From Candidatus Acidiferrales bacterium (GTDB lineage: Bacteria; Acidobacteriota; Terriglobia; Acidiferrales; UBA7541), in NCBI GenBank assembly GCA_049696975.1, contig JBAVUW010000134.1:841-64840 (forward strand): DNA of 64,000 nt, read 5' to 3'. A model generated the notes under the pieces. The model did no database searches. It was not told where the DNA came from and saw only the letters and a program-made list of their open reading frames with translations. Made by a program: the position numbers and the translations under genes. The first letter of the stretch is position 1. Each line of letters opens with the position of its first letter. Shown piece after piece: positions 53,152 to 61,622 of this stretch.

Positions 53152-54747
53152 CTATTCCAGGGCCCGGCCGGCTCCCGGCTGGAAATTCCGCAGCGCCTCC
53201 AGAATCTGCTGACCGTAAACCTGCGTCTTTCGCTCGCCAAACCCTGAAACGCCTCGGAGCTCGTCGAGCGAGGCCGGTCGTTTGCGGCACAGATCGTCCA
53301 GGGAGGTGTCGTGCATCACCACAAACGCCGCCACGCGGCGCTCTTTCGCCGTCAGCCGCCGCCATTCGCGCAAATGTTCGCGAAGCTCCGGGTCCACGTC
53401 CCGCGGGATCGGCCCTCCCCGGCGTTTCCCGTCTCGGCCGGGCTTTTCCGCGGCGGCTCGCATGGGTGCGGGTGGTTCGGCGCGCCGCCGAGGTGGCGCC
53501 GGCGAAGCGATGGTGGCGTTGCGCAACCACGCCGGCTCAGCGCCGCACGTATCGCATGCCTCACACGTTTTCCATTTGGGATTTTCGCCGAAATGAACGC
53601 ATATCTGGTGATGCCGGCATTTTCCCGGCCCCACGAAAGCTTTGATGTTGTCGTAGCGTTTCCACGCGCGCTGCTGTTCGTCCCGATCGCCGATCTGCTT
53701 GATGAAATGAACCAGCAATGCCGTGTCGCGCTTCTGCCACAGCAGCAGGCAATCCGCCGGATCGCCATCCCGACCGGCGCGGCCCGCCTCCTGGTAATAC
53801 TGTTCAATCGATTTCGGCAGCGAAAGATGGATCACCGCACGCACCGCCGCTTTGTTGATCCCCAGGCCGAATGCGACGGTGCCCACGAGCACGCGCACTT
53901 CATCCGACATCCATTTTTCCTGATTCGTCTTGCGCGTCGCCGGGTCCATCTTCCCGTGGTAGCCGATTGCGGCGATGCCCTGATCCTTCAGAAACCCCAC
54001 GGTCTCGTCGACGCGCGCGATTGTCGGAGAATAAACGATTGCGCTGCTGCCGGCGTGTTTCCGCAGCGCGGCAAGCAGCAGATCCGGCTGTGTTTTCGAG
54101 TTGCACTCAATCACGGCGTAGGTCAGATTCGGCCTGTGGAAGCTCGCGATGTATTTGTCCGGATCCCGCAGTTTCAGCTGCTCCACGATATCGTGGCGCA
54201 CCTGCCGCGTGGCACTGGCCGTGAAGGCCGCAATGGGGCAATCCGGAAAATGCTGGCGCAGCCGGCTCAACTGCCGGTACTCCGGCCGGAATTCGTGCCC
54301 CCACTCGGATATGCAGTGCGCTTCGTCGATGGCGAAGAAAGAAATCCGCACGCGCTTCAGCCATTCGACCGTGTCTTCGCGCGCCAGTCGCTCGGGTGAG
54401 ACGTAGAGCAGCCGGAATTCTCCGGCGCAGGCGTCGCGGATCACCTGCGACTGTTCCGCCGCGCCCAGCGAGCTGTTCAGCACGGCCGCCGCGATCCCCA
54501 TCTCGGCCAGTTGCGCCGCCTGATCCTGCATCAGCGCGATTAGCGGCGAAATCACCAGCACCGTTTTCCCGCCCATCATCGCCGCCGGCAGCTGATAACA
54601 CAGCGACTTTCCGCCGCCTGTAGGCATCACCACGCAGGTGTCGCGTCCGCCCAGCAGACTGCGCACGATTTTCTCCTGCATGGGGCGAAACGATTTGTAT
54701 CCCCAATACCGGCCCAGTACGCCGAACAGCTCCGTCTTCGAGATCAT
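53152..54747 (-). CDS. recQ: ATP-dependent DNA helicase RecQ
   Basis: FRPMQEKIV, MPTGGGKSLCYQLPA, DEAHCISEWGHEFRP, an RQC Zn-Cys cluster and a C-terminal HRDC domain. Start at ATG 54747. Confidence 0.9.
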   Translation of the reverse strand: MISKTELFGVLGRYWGYKSFRPMQEKIVRSLLGGRDTCVVMPTGGGKSLCYQLPAAMMGGKTVLVISPLIALMQDQAAQLAEMGIAAAVLNSSLGAAEQSQVIRDACAGEFRLLYVSPERLAREDTVEWLKRVRISFFAIDEAHCISEWGHEFRPEYRQLSRLRQHFPDCPIAAFTASATRQVRHDIVEQLKLRDPDKYIASFHRPNLTYAVIECNSKTQPDLLLAALRKHAGSSAIVYSPTIARVDETVGFLKDQGIAAIGYHGKMDPATRKTNQEKWMSDEVRVLVGTVAFGLGINKAAVRAVIHLSLPKSIEQYYQEAGRAGRDGDPADCLLLWQKRDTALLVHFIKQIGDRDEQQRAWKRYDNIKAFVGPGKCRHHQICVHFGENPKWKTCEACDTCGAEPAWLRNATIASPAPPRRRAEPPAPMRAAAEKPGRDGKRRGGPIPRDVDPELREHLREWRRLTAKERRVAAFVVMHDTSLDDLCRKRPASLDELRGVSGFGERKTQVYGQQILEALRNFQPGAGRALE

Positions 54748-54929
54748 CGGGAAAGTATAGTTCACGGGGTTGTCACCCGCCACGATGGGGAAACGAGGGT
54801 CGTCGGTCAATTTGCATTGCCGCTCCGGACGGATTCCGGTCTTCCGCTTTGGGACTACACTCGGGCAATCTCGGTGCCGCACAGGTTTGCCGAAACGCAC
54901 GCAAAACCGCAACCCGAGGAGAATCACGA

Positions 54930-55490
54930 ATGCCGAATGACGATCGCACCGGGATAATTTACAGAAGGACGCCGGAATCGGCGGGCCTGTTGGCAAACGT
55001 CCAACGAGCGATGGCCATCACCGCCGCACTGAACCGCTTGATGTTCAACGATGCGGACGAAATTCGGGCCCTGTTCAGCGAACTGATCGGTAAAAAGGTA
55101 GACGAGAGCTTTTTACTGATCCCTCCGTTTCATACAGCCGGCGGGGACGAAATCCGCGTCGGGCATCATGTGTTCATCAATCAGAACTGCACTTTCTATG
55201 ACCTTGGCGGCCTCGATATCGCAGACGATGTGATGATCGGGCCGAACGTGAGCATCATCACGGCGGGCCATCCCCTCCAACCCTCGCAGCGACGCGCCGC
55301 CACTATCGGAAAGCCCATCGTGATTGAGAAAAACGCATGGATCGCAGCCGGCGCTACCATCATCGGTGGCGTAACAGTGGGCGAGAACTCGGTCGTCGCG
55401 GCGGGTTCGGTCGTCACCAAGGATGTTCCCCCGAATATCCTCGTCGTAGGAAATCCGGCGAGAGTCATTCGTTCGATGGGCGACGACTGA
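54930..55490 (+). CDS. sugar O-acetyltransferase (maltose/galactoside acetyltransferase family)
   Basis: Left-handed beta-helix hexapeptide repeats (VMIGPNVSIITAGHP, AWIAAGATIIGGVTVG). ATG 54930 is preceded by GAGGA. Confidence 0.8.
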   Translation: MPNDDRTGIIYRRTPESAGLLANVQRAMAITAALNRLMFNDADEIRALFSELIGKKVDESFLLIPPFHTAGGDEIRVGHHVFINQNCTFYDLGGLDIADDVMIGPNVSIITAGHPLQPSQRRAATIGKPIVIEKNAWIAAGATIIGGVTVGENSVVAAGSVVTKDVPPNILVVGNPARVIRSMGDD

Positions 55491-55625
55491 GAGAACATTG
55501 GCCCGGGATCGAAATGGGGACGGCAAACGGACCCCCTACGGAAACCAGGGAGTCCGCTTGCGGGAATTCAGGCCGGGCAAGCTCCCCGCGCTTGCCATTT
55601 GCGCCATAACTCCTAGAATTGATCC

Positions 55626-55883
55626 ATGTCGGCTAGCCTGCTCCCGGCGCTCGGGCGTTCGCTCCTGGTGACGCTGCGCGTCTGGTGGCGCGTCATCCGC
55701 CAGCTGTTCCACGAATTTACGGGAGCGCTGTTTCTGGTCTTCGCCGCCTACGGAGCGTTCGTCGTCTGGCGCGAATGGAAGCATCGCCCGGCACCCTGGG
55801 TCATCGCCTTCGTCGTGATCTACGCGTTGATGATGGCCGCTTTCGGGTTCACCGCTTTTCGCCGCGCACGGCGTGTCCGATAA
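55626..55883 (+). CDS. hypothetical small membrane protein
   Basis: 85 aa with two hydrophobic helices. Located immediately upstream of the mutase gene. Confidence 0.35.
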   Translation: MSASLLPALGRSLLVTLRVWWRVIRQLFHEFTGALFLVFAAYGAFVVWREWKHRPAPWVIAFVVIYALMMAAFGFTAFRRARRVR

Positions 55884-55893
55884 TCGCTGACAA

Positions 55894-57513
55894 ATGGCAT
55901 CCGACAGAAAAGACCGTCCAGCCGTTCGGCGGAAGAACTCGGCCACGCCCACGGGCCTGCCCATGGAACCGGTCATCGGCCCGGGCGATCTCAAGGGCTG
56001 GGACTCGGAGCGCGACCTCGGTTTTCCGGGTCAGTTCCCGTTCACCCGCGGCGTATACCCCACCATGTATCGCGGCCGGCTCTGGACCATGCGGCAATAC
56101 GCCGGCTTCGGCAGCGCGGTCGAATCCAATCGCCGCTATCGCTACCTGCTCTCACAGGGCCAGACGGGCCTCTCGGTCGCCTTCGACCTGCCCACCCAGA
56201 TCGGCATGGATTCCGATCACCCGCTCGCGATCGGAGAAGTCGGCAAAGTCGGCGTGGCGATCGACTCGCTCGAGGACATGCAGGCGCTGCTCGACAACAT
56301 TCCGCTCGAGCGCATTTCGACGTCGATGACCATCAATTCGACGGCAGCGATCCTGCTCGCGCTCTACGTTGCAGTGGCGAAGCAGCAGGGCGCGAACCTG
56401 GCGCGGCTGGCCGGCACGGTCCAGAACGACATCCTGAAGGAATACATCGCGCGCGGAACCTACATCTATCCGCTGCGCCCGGCGATGCGCCTGGTCACCG
56501 ACATTTTCAGCTGGTGCCGACGCGACCTGCCGAATTGGAACGCGATCTCGATTTCCGGCTATCACATCCGCGAAGCCGGTTCGACTGAGGTGCAGGAAGT
56601 GGCCTTCACCCTGGCCAATGCGATCGCCTACGTCGAATCCGCCGTCGCATCGGGTTTAAAGGTGGACGGATTCGCGCCGCAACTTTCGTTCTTCTTCAAC
56701 TCGCACAACGAATTCCTGATGCAAATCGCCAAATTCCGCGCCGCTCGCCGTCTGTGGGCGCGCACGATGCGCGGTCGCTTCGGCGCCCAAGACCCGCGCT
56801 CGCTGATGCTGCGTTTCCACGCGCAGACGGCCGGCTCTTCGCTCACTGCGCAGCAGCCGGAAAACAATCTGGTGCGCGTCGCGCTGCAAAGCCTCGCGGC
56901 CGTTCTCGGCGGCTGCCAGTCGCTGCATTCCAACGGCCTCGACGAAGCGTTGGCGCTGCCCACCGAACGCGCGGCGCTTCTGGCCCTGCGCACGCAGCAA
57001 ATCATTGCGCAAGAAACCGGCGTTGCAAACACGGTCGACCCGGTCGCCGGCTCCTACGTAATCGAAAAGCTGACCAACGAAATCGAATCCGGCGCCCAGG
57101 ATTACATTTCCAAAATCGACGCGCTTGGTGGAATGCTACCCGCCATCGAAGCCGGTTATCCGCAGTTGGAGATTCAGAAGGCAGCCTACGAGTATCAACA
57201 AGCGGTTGAGGGCGGCGATCAGGTTGTGGTCGGCGTCAACCGGTTCCAAGCAGCAGAAGAGCAAAACATCCCGACGATGCGCATCGATCCTGAAATCGAA
57301 CGCTCGCAGATCGCGCGCCTCAACGCCCTGCGCGCCCGCCGCGACGCCACGAAATCCAGCGCCGCACTCGAAGAAGTGGAACGCTGCGCGCGAGGCACGG
57401 AGAATCTCATGCCCGCGATTCTCACGGCCGTCGAAGCCTACGCCACGGTCGGCGAAATTTCCGATGCCCTGCGGCGCGCCTTCGGCGAATACCGCGAATC
57501 AGTGGTTATCTGA
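55894..57513 (+). CDS. methylmalonyl-CoA mutase family large (catalytic, substrate-binding) subunit
   Basis: [38 protein letters not shown] and [10 protein letters not shown] motifs. There is no C-terminal B12-binding domain. Confidence 0.88.
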   Translation: MASDRKDRPAVRRKNSATPTGLPMEPVIGPGDLKGWDSERDLGFPGQFPFTRGVYPTMYRGRLWTMRQYAGFGSAVESNRRYRYLLSQGQTGLSVAFDLPTQIGMDSDHPLAIGEVGKVGVAIDSLEDMQALLDNIPLERISTSMTINSTAAILLALYVAVAKQQGANLARLAGTVQNDILKEYIARGTYIYPLRPAMRLVTDIFSWCRRDLPNWNAISISGYHIREAGSTEVQEVAFTLANAIAYVESAVASGLKVDGFAPQLSFFFNSHNEFLMQIAKFRAARRLWARTMRGRFGAQDPRSLMLRFHAQTAGSSLTAQQPENNLVRVALQSLAAVLGGCQSLHSNGLDEALALPTERAALLALRTQQIIAQETGVANTVDPVAGSYVIEKLTNEIESGAQDYISKIDALGGMLPAIEAGYPQLEIQKAAYEYQQAVEGGDQVVVGVNRFQAAEEQNIPTMRIDPEIERSQIARLNALRARRDATKSSAALEEVERCARGTENLMPAILTAVEAYATVGEISDALRRAFGEYRESVVI

Positions 57514-57525
57514 CGTTCCCACTAA

Positions 57526-58314
57526 ATGACACGCACGCCCCCCAACGAAATCCGCTGGCCCCAGCGCATCGCCACGCTCGCCGACGCCCGCCAATACATC
57601 GATGCTCTCGGCTTCTGCGTGCTTTTCCCGGTCAAGAACGTCGCGCTACCGTCGCTCTATTGGCCCGTCACGCGCCGCGGTCCTGATGACGATTTCGTCT
57701 TCGACCAATCCTTTGAACAAATCTGGCGCTGGAAAGACGAGCTGCCGCGGCGCCGTTGGGCGATCTACGCGAAATACTTCCGCACCCGCGGCACGTTCAT
57801 CTCGCTGGAATATTTACCGTATTTCCTGGCTATGCGAGCCAGCGCCGTCAGCCCCACCGATCACGCACGCTGGTATGCCGAAGGCCGCATCCGCGATGAC
57901 GCGCGGGTCGTCTGGGAGGCCCTGGCGGAGCGCGGCCCGCTCGCCACGCTTGAACTCCGCCAGCTCTGCCACATGGAAACAAAGGCCGGCAACGTCCGCT
58001 TTAAGCGCGCCGTGCTCGACCTCCAGTCTTTCCTCCTGGTCGGTCACTTCGGCAAGGAGCGGGAAACCGGCGCATGGGAATCCACCCGGTTCGAGCTGAC
58101 CTGCCGCGCTTTTCCCGCGCAGACGGCTGCGGCTTGCGCGATCGACCCCGCCGTTGCCCGCACGAAACTCGCCGCGAAGTATCGGCAGTGGCGATGCGGC
58201 GCCCCTCCGGTAGAATTGTCGCGACTGTTCGGTTGGTCGAAAGACGAAACTGCGGCCGCCATCAGCGCTGCCGAAGCCGCCAAGGAAGTTCCGAAAGGCA
58301 AAAAGCGCGGATGA
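57526..58314 (+). CDS. hypothetical protein (possibly winged-helix, YcaQ/AlkZ-like; weak)
   Basis: 262 aa. Coding is supported by operon spacing, including overlap with the maf start. The family assignment is only an impression. Confidence 0.35.
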   Translation: MTRTPPNEIRWPQRIATLADARQYIDALGFCVLFPVKNVALPSLYWPVTRRGPDDDFVFDQSFEQIWRWKDELPRRRWAIYAKYFRTRGTFISLEYLPYFLAMRASAVSPTDHARWYAEGRIRDDARVVWEALAERGPLATLELRQLCHMETKAGNVRFKRAVLDLQSFLLVGHFGKERETGAWESTRFELTCRAFPAQTAAACAIDPAVARTKLAAKYRQWRCGAPPVELSRLFGWSKDETAAAISAAEAAKEVPKGKKRG

Positions 58315-58901
58315 AAATTATCCTGGCATCGGCATCGCCCCGTCGGGCGGAAATCCTGCGCAACGCGGCGATTCCGTTTGAGACGATGGCCGAGGTGATC
58401 GACGAATCGCGACGCCCCGGCGAGCTGCGGGCCGATTACGTTCGTCGCCTCGCGCTCACAAAGGCCAGGGCCGCCGCCGGGGTCGAGCACCAGTCTGCCG
58501 ATCGTCTTTTCATCGGTGCCGACACCGTGGTCGTCGCCGGCGATGAAATTCTCGGCAAGCCCGCATCGCAGGAAGACGCGCGACGGATGCTTCGGCTGCT
58601 GAGCGGCGCGACTCATGAAGTTCACACCGGCCTTGCAATCGCCCGCCGGCCGGGCGCCACGGAGGCCGTCATCGACGAAGTCACCAGCGTCACTTTCGCG
58701 CCGCTCTCAGATGGCGAAATCGAAACATATCTCGCCACCGGTGAGCCGTTCGATAAAGCCGGCGCCTACGGAATCCAAGGCATCGGCGGGCGTTACGTCA
58801 CCCGCATCGAAGGCTGCTATTTCAATGTGATGGGCTTGCCGCTGGCGCGGCTTTGGACGCTCCTGCGTGAATTCGGCTGGAAAGATTCGCCGGCCGATTA
58901 G
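58311..58901 (+). CDS. maf: Maf family nucleoside triphosphate pyrophosphatase
   Basis: IILASASPRR, GADTVV and KAGAYGIQG motifs. ATG 58311 overlaps the upstream stop (ATGA). Confidence 0.88.
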   Translation: MKIILASASPRRAEILRNAAIPFETMAEVIDESRRPGELRADYVRRLALTKARAAAGVEHQSADRLFIGADTVVVAGDEILGKPASQEDARRMLRLLSGATHEVHTGLAIARRPGATEAVIDEVTSVTFAPLSDGEIETYLATGEPFDKAGAYGIQGIGGRYVTRIEGCYFNVMGLPLARLWTLLREFGWKDSPAD

Positions 58902-58909
58902 ACCGGGCG

Positions 58910-58939
58910 AAAAAAGAACGGCGGCCCTCAGGCCGCCGT
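58910..58939 (-). terminator. intrinsic terminator between convergent tatA and maf (U-tract on the tatA side)
   Basis: Perfect 9-bp GC-rich stem ACGGCGGCC/GGCCGCCGT with a 4-nt loop (58918-58939). On the minus strand it is followed by UUCUUUUUU. The tract on the plus strand is weaker (CUCAAUUUC). Confidence 0.55.
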
Positions 58940-58971
58940 CTCAATTTCAATCTGGGTTCTTGAAGATCGGG

Positions 58972-59190
58972 TTACTTCTTCTCTTCAACTGGCGCGGACG
59001 GCGGAGCGTTCGTCGCGGGAGGAGTCACCGGCTGGCTCGCTTGTGCGGGCGGTTGATCGCCCCGCATGCCTTCCTTGAACTCGCGGACTCCTTGTCCGAG
59101 TCCCTTCATCACTTCCGGAATCTTGCGCCCGCCAAAAAGCACCAGGATGACGACCGCGATGATCAACAAATGCATTGGACTGTCCCACAT
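58972..59190 (-). CDS. tatA: twin-arginine translocase subunit TatA/E
   Basis: HLLIIAVVILVLFGGRKIPEVMKGLGQGVREFK (TM plus amphipathic helix). Start at ATG 59190. Confidence 0.82.
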   Translation of the reverse strand: MWDSPMHLLIIAVVILVLFGGRKIPEVMKGLGQGVREFKEGMRGDQPPAQASQPVTPPATNAPPSAPVEEKK

Positions 59191-59350
59191 CGGACACCTG
59201 CCTTTCACACCCGGGATGCCCCAAGGCAAAATCCCCAGAATCACGCATAAACCAAGCACAGTATAGCACGCCCGCACCGCGCCGGCGTGTGAGGGCCGGC
59301 CACGGCGCACGGCTCGGTTTCAGGATTGAGGCGCGGCTTCGAAAGGACCC

Positions 59351-60004
59351 TCAGGCGACTGCAGCGGGAACTCGCTGCGTACTGGCAATTTCCCGGGCGA
59401 TTGCCAAGGCCGCCGCACGCGGATCCTTCGCACCCGTGACCGGTCGGCCCACCACCAGATAGTCGGCGCCAGCCTGAATCGCAGACACCGGTGTCGTGAC
59501 GCGCGCTTGATCATTTAGGTCCGCGCTCGCTGGACGCACTCCCGGCACGACGATCAGGAATTTCGGCCCACACTCCCGCCGAATCGCCAGCGCCTCGTTG
59601 CCGGAAGCGACCACGCCGTCAAGGCCGGCCGATTTCGCAAGTTTCGCAAGCTCGACCGCTCGTTTGGCAGGTGTGCCCGATATCCCCAGGCGCCGCAGCT
59701 CCGGCGCATCCATGCTCGTCAAAATCGTCACGGCCAGCAGCGCCGGGCGCGTCCGCAGGCCGCTCATGGCGTCGCGCGCCGCGCGCATCATCTCGAGGCC
59801 GCCGAGCGCATGCACATTGATGAGCCGCACCTTAGGCAGCGCGGCGGCAGCGGCGACAGCGCCTGCCACGGTATTCGGGATATCGTGGAATTTCAGATCG
59901 AGGAAGATCTCGAAACCCAGGCCCGCAAGCGTTGTAACCGCCCGCGGACCTTCGGCCGAGAAAAGCTGTAAACCTACTTTAAAAAGGCCTGCCGCACCGC
60001 GCAA
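59351..60004 (-). CDS. pyrF: orotidine 5'-phosphate decarboxylase (start unresolved; see findings)
   Basis: FLDLKFHDIPNT and DYLVVGRP motifs. The first canonical start is TTG 60004, but the conserved LIVALD segment is encoded upstream in the same frame. Confidence 0.82.
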   Translation of the reverse strand: MRGAAGLFKVGLQLFSAEGPRAVTTLAGLGFEIFLDLKFHDIPNTVAGAVAAAAALPKVRLINVHALGGLEMMRAARDAMSGLRTRPALLAVTILTSMDAPELRRLGISGTPAKRAVELAKLAKSAGLDGVVASGNEALAIRRECGPKFLIVVPGVRPASADLNDQARVTTPVSAIQAGADYLVVGRPVTGAKDPRAAALAIAREIASTQRVPAAVA

Positions 60005-60057
60005 ACGCCGCGCCAGGGCCGTGGCCGGCCCCAGGCGGTCAACGTCCAGCGCTACGA

Positions 60058-60561
60058 TTAGTCGTGACGTTCCGAGGCGGGGCGTGTGGGCACCTCAAGC
60101 AGTTCCAGGCGGACCTTGGCGGTTCCGCGATGGTCAATTCCAAGCTTCTTGGCAACGGCGTAGGAGACGTCGAGCTCGCGGCCTTCCACGTAGGGGCCGC
60201 GATCGTTGATCCGAACCACATCACTCCGGTGGTTCCGGGTATTCACGACCCGGACGACGGATCCAAGGGGCAGCGTCGGGTGGGCTGCTGTCTCGGCGTA
60301 CATGTCGTAGGTTTCGCCATTGGCCGTCTGCTGGCCGTCGAAATCGTGACCGTACCAGCTTGTTGTGCATTCCCAGGTAGCCAGCGGTTTCTGCTGGGTC
60401 TTGGAGGCCGTTTCAGTCGAGGTTTGGGGGCCGGATACGGTTTGGGAAGGGCTGCCAGCCTTACCCAGGGCCGTGGGATTGGCCGACGGAGTAAGGATAA
60501 GCAAACCCAGTCCTAAGAATACCGATTCGAGGACTATGAATAGTTTCGCTCTCATGTGCAA
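60058..60561 (-). CDS. RlpA-like septal ring lytic transglycosylase (double-psi beta-barrel) lipoprotein
   Basis: SWYGHDFDGQQTANGETYD and VRINDRGP motifs, plus a signal peptide. Confidence 0.8.
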   Translation of the reverse strand: MHMRAKLFIVLESVFLGLGLLILTPSANPTALGKAGSPSQTVSGPQTSTETASKTQQKPLATWECTTSWYGHDFDGQQTANGETYDMYAETAAHPTLPLGSVVRVVNTRNHRSDVVRINDRGPYVEGRELDVSYAVAKKLGIDHRGTAKVRLELLEVPTRPASERHD

Positions 60562-60618
60562 CTAACCTCCCTGAAATCAGCTAATTCTAGCATTTCGAAG
60601 TTCCCTGAAGCAACCGCG

Positions 60619-61572
60619 TTAGGCCTTCATGGATCCCCGTAAGCTCTTGATTTCAAGCAAATTTTCGTCCCGGCACCACGCTTCGAGGTCTCCTACCAGC
60701 GTTTCCGAAGCCCTCGGATCCACGAAGTGTGCGGTGCCTACCTCTACCGCCGAGGCGCCCACGATCATATACTCGGCAACATCAGCCGGGGTCTCTATAC
60801 CGCCAAGCCCTATGATCGGTAACTTTGTTACCCTAGCCGCCTCATAAACCAACCTCACGGTTATAGGTTTTATGCCCGCACCCGACAACCCACCCGTCGT
60901 ACTACCAAGACGGGACTTCCGAGTGTGGGGATCCAGACACATTGCCGGGTATGTGTTCGCTATGATGACAGCGTCCGCGCCCTCATTTTCCGCAACTCCA
61001 GCCATAAGTCCAATAGATCCAATAACGGGTGACAATTTTACCCAAAGCGGGCGTTTCGACGCCGCCCTCGCTGCGCTGATGACCTCAGCAGCCAAAACGG
61101 GGTCGGTACCATACTCGACCCCACCTCGTTTGGTGTTCGGGCAGGAGATATTGAGTTCGTACGCCGCCAGCCCTTCTGTGTCTTCCAGGACACGAATCAC
61201 TTCAATGTAGTCCTGCATGCTGTACCCGAAAACGTTGGCGATGATGGCAGTGTCGAAGTGCCTCAGCTGAGGCAGCTTTTCGGCCACGAACACCCGCACG
61301 CCCATGTTTTGTAGCCCGATCGAATTCAGGATGCCGCTTGGCGTGTCGTACATCCTAGGGCTTGGGTTGCCGGCGATTGGTTGCGCGGAAAGCCCCTTGA
61401 CGACGATACCGCCCAAGCGGTTCAGATCGACCAGCTGGGCGAATTCGACTCCGTAGCCAAAGGTCCCGCTCGCGGCAATGATTGGATTTTTGAGACGGAT
61501 ACTGCCGATGCTGACTCGGAGGTCAACCCCCGACGAGGTCCCGGGGATCCTTACTCGCTCTGGCGAGCTCAC
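60619..61572 (-). CDS. pyrD: dihydroorotate dehydrogenase, class 1 catalytic subunit
   Basis: NPIIAASGTFGYG, NISCPN and GGLSGAGIKP motifs. Length 317 aa. Confidence 0.88.
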   Translation of the reverse strand: MSSPERVRIPGTSSGVDLRVSIGSIRLKNPIIAASGTFGYGVEFAQLVDLNRLGGIVVKGLSAQPIAGNPSPRMYDTPSGILNSIGLQNMGVRVFVAEKLPQLRHFDTAIIANVFGYSMQDYIEVIRVLEDTEGLAAYELNISCPNTKRGGVEYGTDPVLAAEVISAARAASKRPLWVKLSPVIGSIGLMAGVAENEGADAVIIANTYPAMCLDPHTRKSRLGSTTGGLSGAGIKPITVRLVYEAARVTKLPIIGLGGIETPADVAEYMIVGASAVEVGTAHFVDPRASETLVGDLEAWCRDENLLEIKSLRGSMKA

Positions 61573-61622
61573 TAAACGTAGAGTTTAGCACCCTGGTCAA
61601 GGACTGACTCCACTCGAGTAAC

